Shown here: piece after piece, positions 60,361 through 64,000 of the stretch
How positions within the stretch are numbered: the stretch's first letter is position 1
Layout of the letters: each line of letters starts with the position of its first letter
Assembly (NCBI GenBank): GCA_963665775.2
Contig: CAXXTF010000001.1
Coordinates: 224,001 to 288,000 of the forward strand
Direction: 5' to 3'
Origin: Dehalococcoidia bacterium
GTDB taxonomy: Bacteria; Chloroflexota; Dehalococcoidia; SM23-28-2; RBG-16-64-32
Length of the DNA stretch: 64,000 nucleotides
Program-made: the position numbers and the translations under genes
The notes under the pieces: model-generated
Database searches by the model: none
Told to the model about the DNA's origin: nothing
What the model saw: the letters and a program-made list of their open reading frames with translations, nothing else

Positions 60361-60891
60361 ATGATGCAGGAGAAAGGCGATCAAGAATCCTGGATACACC
60401 CTGAGGTCGAGTTACGGACGTCTCCTATTCACGGGCGAGGGATGTTCGCTAAGTCTCCACTGAAGACCTACGAGGTGGTTGTCGTCTGGGCCCGCAGTTT
60501 CGTGACGCGTGAGGCTGCCCAGCGAGCAAGGGCTCAAGGAAAGATCGTCATGCAGCTCGACGATGACCTCTATAGCATTGAAGAACGGGGCACCGACGAC
60601 ACCTACTTCATGAACCACTCGTGCGATCCCAGTGTCTGGATGGTAGACGCAGTGACCTTGGTCGCCCACCGTGATATCCTGCCTGGCGAGGAGTTGACCG
60701 TCGACTACGCCCTTTTCGAAGCGGATGAGAGTTTCGTCGCCGCTTGGGAGTGTAGCTGCCGCTCAGCAAAATGCCGTAGCCTGGTTACGGGCATAGACTG
60801 GACGCATCCAGAGCTCCAAGTGCGGTATCAAGGTCATTTCTCGCCCCTGATCAATAAGCGGATAGCGGACCTGAATTCCGGCAGCAGGTGA
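60361..60891 (+). CDS. SET-domain protein
   Basis: SPIHGRGMFA, MNHSCDP, GEELTVDY and post-SET CSCRSAKCR. Confidence 0.92.
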   Translation: MMQEKGDQESWIHPEVELRTSPIHGRGMFAKSPLKTYEVVVVWARSFVTREAAQRARAQGKIVMQLDDDLYSIEERGTDDTYFMNHSCDPSVWMVDAVTLVAHRDILPGEELTVDYALFEADESFVAAWECSCRSAKCRSLVTGIDWTHPELQVRYQGHFSPLINKRIADLNSGSR

Positions 60892-61077
60892 CCGAATCGC
60901 CACGGGGATAACGATGAAGCCGAGGACAACCTCAACCCTCCTGCAGAAGGACGCCACAGAGGCACTGGACGCCCTGCTCAGGACCTAATCGTCTCCGGGT
61001 TGCCGCCAACGTTGCCGTCAAACGGCCTCGCCCGCACCGGCTGACCCATGTCGAAGCAGGATTTCAGATACAAAAAC

Positions 61078-61152
61078 TGGAGCCACCGGGGAGATTCGAA
61101 CTCCCGACCTGCGGTTTACGAAACCGCTGCTCTACCGCTGAGCTACAGTGGC
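61078..61152 (-). tRNA. tRNA-Thr(CGT)
   Basis: GCCACTG TAGCTCAGCGGTAGAGC AGCGGT TTCGTAA ACCGC AGGTC GGGAG TTCGAAT CTCCC CGGTGGC TCCA cloverleaf with encoded CCA. Confidence 0.96.
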
Positions 61153-61244
61153 CTCTGCGCTATTTTAGATACAAAATGTGGACTATGGCTAGCGTCCCTG
61201 TTCTTTCGCCGGCCAGGTTGACCCCAATTCTGACCCCAACCCGC

Positions 61245-62381
61245 TCACGATTGCGGCCACAGGGCCACTGCTACCTTGCCAGCGGCTTCCTTCTGTATGT
61301 CCAGGGCCACATGGGCATAGATGTTCATGGTGGTGCTGATCTGGGCGTGTCCAAGTATCTCCATTGCCACTCTCGCCGGTACGCCCTGGGCTGCCATTAG
61401 GGAGGCGCTTGCGTGGCGCAGATCATGGTAGCGCATTCCAGGAACGGCTGCCACCTCCAACAGCTTGCGGAATCGCCGGCTGACGTGGAAGCCCGCTAGG
61501 GGACAGCCTCTTTCGTCGGTGAACACGAGGTCGCCCCAGGCGTCGCCTTCCCAGGCCGGACCGATCCTCAGGCGTTCCTCCGTCTGGCGGCTCCGGTGCT
61601 GCCTGAGAGACGCAGCCACGGGCGCGGGCAGGGCCACTGTACGGCGGGAACGCGCCGTCTTGGGTTCAAAGAACTCGTACCTACCGTTGACCCGCTGTAT
61701 TGTTCGCTGAACGGTTAGCTTGCCACCCTCCAGGTCCACGTCGCCCCACCTTAAGCCCAGGGCCTCGCTCTGCCGCAGCCCACAGGCCAGGGCCACCGTG
61801 AAAAGTCCTTCCAGGCGATCGCCCATGACAGCAGCCAGTATGCGACGGGCGTCCTCGGATGTAAGGGCCAGAACCTCACGCTCTGGCACATGAGGCGCAT
61901 CTGCCAGACTTGCCACGTTCCGGCCCACCAGGCCAAGGCGCATGGCATGGTTGAGGGCGTTGCGTAGGACTGCCCGGCTGTGAGCCACGGTGCGCGGGGA
62001 GACTCCCTTGCTGGACACGGTGCTTAGCATCGCTTCCACTTGCTGGGGGGTGAGCCGGGCTAGGCGGATACGTCCTATCTCTGGCACTATGTGGAGCCGC
62101 GTGATCTCATGATAGCGCCGGAAGGTCTTGGGCCTCACCTTGTGGACCGCGCTATCCCTCAACCACGCTTCCAAGAAAGCGCCGATTGTCTGGCGCTCGC
62201 CGGACGCGGGTAGCCCCTCGGCAATGGCCCTCTGAGCCTGGAGTAGCCTCTGGCCGGCTTCTCGGCGCGTCTTGGCAAACAGAGACTTGCGTTTACCTCC
62301 GGGGAGCGAAATCCGCGCTTCCCAGCGGCCATCCGCTCGCTTGCGTAGGTTGCCTTCCGAGTTGCCTCGCCTATTTGCCAT
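61245..62381 (-). CDS. tyrosine integrase
   Basis: RRGN.EG..RKRADGRWEA arm domain; GLRQSE, PKT, HDLRH, LGH and Y catalytic set. Confidence 0.95.
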   Translation of the reverse strand: MANRRGNSEGNLRKRADGRWEARISLPGGKRKSLFAKTRREAGQRLLQAQRAIAEGLPASGERQTIGAFLEAWLRDSAVHKVRPKTFRRYHEITRLHIVPEIGRIRLARLTPQQVEAMLSTVSSKGVSPRTVAHSRAVLRNALNHAMRLGLVGRNVASLADAPHVPEREVLALTSEDARRILAAVMGDRLEGLFTVALACGLRQSEALGLRWGDVDLEGGKLTVQRTIQRVNGRYEFFEPKTARSRRTVALPAPVAASLRQHRSRQTEERLRIGPAWEGDAWGDLVFTDERGCPLAGFHVSRRFRKLLEVAAVPGMRYHDLRHASASLMAAQGVPARVAMEILGHAQISTTMNIYAHVALDIQKEAAGKVAVALWPQS

Positions 62382-63306
62382 CACGGTCCTCCGCTTCGGG
62401 CTCCTTAGACGCCTGCTCGCTTAGCTTGAGGCCCTGCAGGGCTCTACTGATCCATAGATCATCCAGCCCTTGTTTGGCTGCTACCTGGGGGTCTCTTAGG
62501 GCCGCTTCTGCTTCGTCGCACTGCCCGGACAGCGCATTTTCTACGTAGGCCCAAACGTCGCTAGAGGCCTTGTCCAGGATGTTTTGAACCTGCTCCTCGG
62601 CTCTTTCAGCTGGGATACCTTTCTCCCGTGCCTTATCTAGTAATTTGGCCTTAAGGCGATCTCGGCCGGCCTCCACAGCTCTGTCGTGAACACTCTTGAC
62701 ATAGTCGCGGGCCGCAGCGTATATTTCCGGGCGTCCTCGCGTGAGGAGGTGCATCAGGTGCATTGGCGCCACGAGTATGTGCCCAGCCTGAACTGCTTCG
62801 TAGTAGGGGCGCCGCTGCTCCACTCCCCGCCAGGGAGCGAAGGCCAAGAAGGTGTCAAGGTCAGCGGTAGTCTCGCCTCGCTCGGTTCGCACCATGTAGT
62901 TGTGCGCCATCACGTAAACGGCCCACAGATCAAAATCAGGCGCGGCCAGCCTGATTCGCGTGATCCATTCCGCTTCTTTCTCTGTCACGTCACTGCGTCG
63001 CCCCTCCGACCGGATAATTAGCTCCGCCAGGACTGAGGGGACAGAGGCGGCTTCAGTGGGTGCGGCCTTGGCTAGGCTCCACGGTTGTGACCGGTCGCGG
63101 GGGAGGCCCTCGTCTATTATGCGCCGGATGTGTCTGGGGTCAGGGGCCGAGAGACCTTGATTTTCTAGCTCGATCTGAATCTCTTCCGGAGACTTCCCAA
63201 GTCGACGTTGCTCTGCGACTACACGCCGAACATCGTCCCCATACTTCCTTGGCGCACCCCGCTTCTTCGGCGTACTCTCCGGTTTCTCAGCCTGTAATTC
63301 TGTCAT
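62371..63306 (-). CDS. hypothetical protein, possible N-terminal HTH
   Basis: 311-aa ORF with an AGGAGG RBS; overlaps the integrase start and is divergent from the xis-like gene. Confidence 0.65.
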   Translation of the reverse strand: MTELQAEKPESTPKKRGAPRKYGDDVRRVVAEQRRLGKSPEEIQIELENQGLSAPDPRHIRRIIDEGLPRDRSQPWSLAKAAPTEAASVPSVLAELIIRSEGRRSDVTEKEAEWITRIRLAAPDFDLWAVYVMAHNYMVRTERGETTADLDTFLAFAPWRGVEQRRPYYEAVQAGHILVAPMHLMHLLTRGRPEIYAAARDYVKSVHDRAVEAGRDRLKAKLLDKAREKGIPAERAEEQVQNILDKASSDVWAYVENALSGQCDEAEAALRDPQVAAKQGLDDLWISRALQGLKLSEQASKEPEAEDRDGK

Positions 63307-63417
63307 TATATCCTCCTTGACGCATTAACAAAGGATCCAATAACCTTTAGCTGTCTAAGAAATTATAGCCGGATATAGGTGGTTAGGTCAAGATCACCCA
63401 AGAACACGGAGGGAGCC

Positions 63418-63618
63418 ATGGATGACAAGCTACTAGTGAACCTGATCCAAGGTGCGAACCGGATTTCAGTGAGCAGAAGCACCCTGTACAAGCTGATCCA
63501 GTCAGGCCAAATCAGGCCGATTCGGATTGGACGATCAGTACGAATATCTGTCGAGGAGCTCGATCGCTTCGTCGAGCAGCTGCAACGGGAGCAGGCGGAA
63601 ATGGATGGTGAACGATGA
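63418..63618 (+). CDS. excisionase-like HTH protein
   Basis: SRSTLYKLIQSGQI....IGRSVRI...EL..F. Confidence 0.85.
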   Translation: MDDKLLVNLIQGANRISVSRSTLYKLIQSGQIRPIRIGRSVRISVEELDRFVEQLQREQAEMDGER

Positions 63619-63992
63619 CGGGGGCCACAAATGCCAACGGCGGGGAACAATCACAAATCACACCCCCTAGGGGTTTGGGAATGAATGAAACATTCCCCGC
63701 CGGGGTTGTGACGGTATCTGGTCTGAAGGTCATAGCTGAGAAGGAGTCCGCTCGGGGATGGACCCTGGATGGGGTGCTGCGCCGAGGGTCACTGGCCATC
63801 CTCGCCGCTCCGCCGAAGACTGGCAAGTCCACATTGGCGCTGGAATTGGCCCTGTCGGTGTTCCAGGGAGTCGACTTCCTGGAGCGGGCAACCAGCCAAG
63901 GCAGGGTGCTCTACATCCAGGCTGAGGACGCCCCCAGCGTTACCTGGGAGAGGCTAGAAAAGATGCTCGGAGAGGAGAAGCAAGATGACTAA
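63615..63992 (+). CDS. RecA-like AAA_25 ATPase, truncated
   Basis: ILAAPPKTGKSTL Walker A and VLYIQAED; stops before Walker B. Confidence 0.65.
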   Translation: MTGATNANGGEQSQITPPRGLGMNETFPAGVVTVSGLKVIAEKESARGWTLDGVLRRGSLAILAAPPKTGKSTLALELALSVFQGVDFLERATSQGRVLYIQAEDAPSVTWERLEKMLGEEKQDD

Positions 63993-64000
63993 TCCGGCGG

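Larger units (their letters stand above)
61153..64000. mobile_element. integrative element or prophage-like island end (extends beyond the window)
   Basis: Integrase, divergent xis-like gene and AAA ATPase adjacent to a tRNA. Confidence 0.75.

Noticed and set aside
1-64000. CRISPR array or cas genes
   Set aside because: No regularly spaced repeat-spacer series or Cas motifs were seen; the repeats found are only pairs.

Overview
GC-rich bacterial window; gene content and style suggest Chloroflexota, possibly Dehalococcoidia-like, but this is inference only. Bases 1-41 kb are mostly intact genes: the leuD end, Usp/TrkA/TrkA/pheA/Fpg-Nei, larBC, radC, and an acyl-CoA catabolic cluster with a tandemly duplicated MaoC pair. 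They also include an 11.7-kb same-strand sulfur-assimilation cluster headed by a SAM-I riboswitch with three ubiquitin-like sulfur carriers, a csoR-copA-murT-gatD-copZ cluster, xdhC genes and ychF. Bases 41-55 kb are a partly decayed minus-strand signalling region: HD-GYP, IS1380, S8 protease pseudogene, membrane GGDEF, a MalT/TPR/BTAD regulator, a secreted protein, an unannotated 29-aa peptide gene with its own promoter and RBS, a DUF5317-like membrane protein, and oppABC. This is my best candidate for an undescribed peptide/c-di-GMP signalling system. The window ends with apt, a fused CoA-transferase, GNAT pseudogenes, a SET protein, tRNA-Thr(CGT), and an integrative element on the 5' side of the tRNA. 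All family assignments come from motif recognition by eye, not from database searches.
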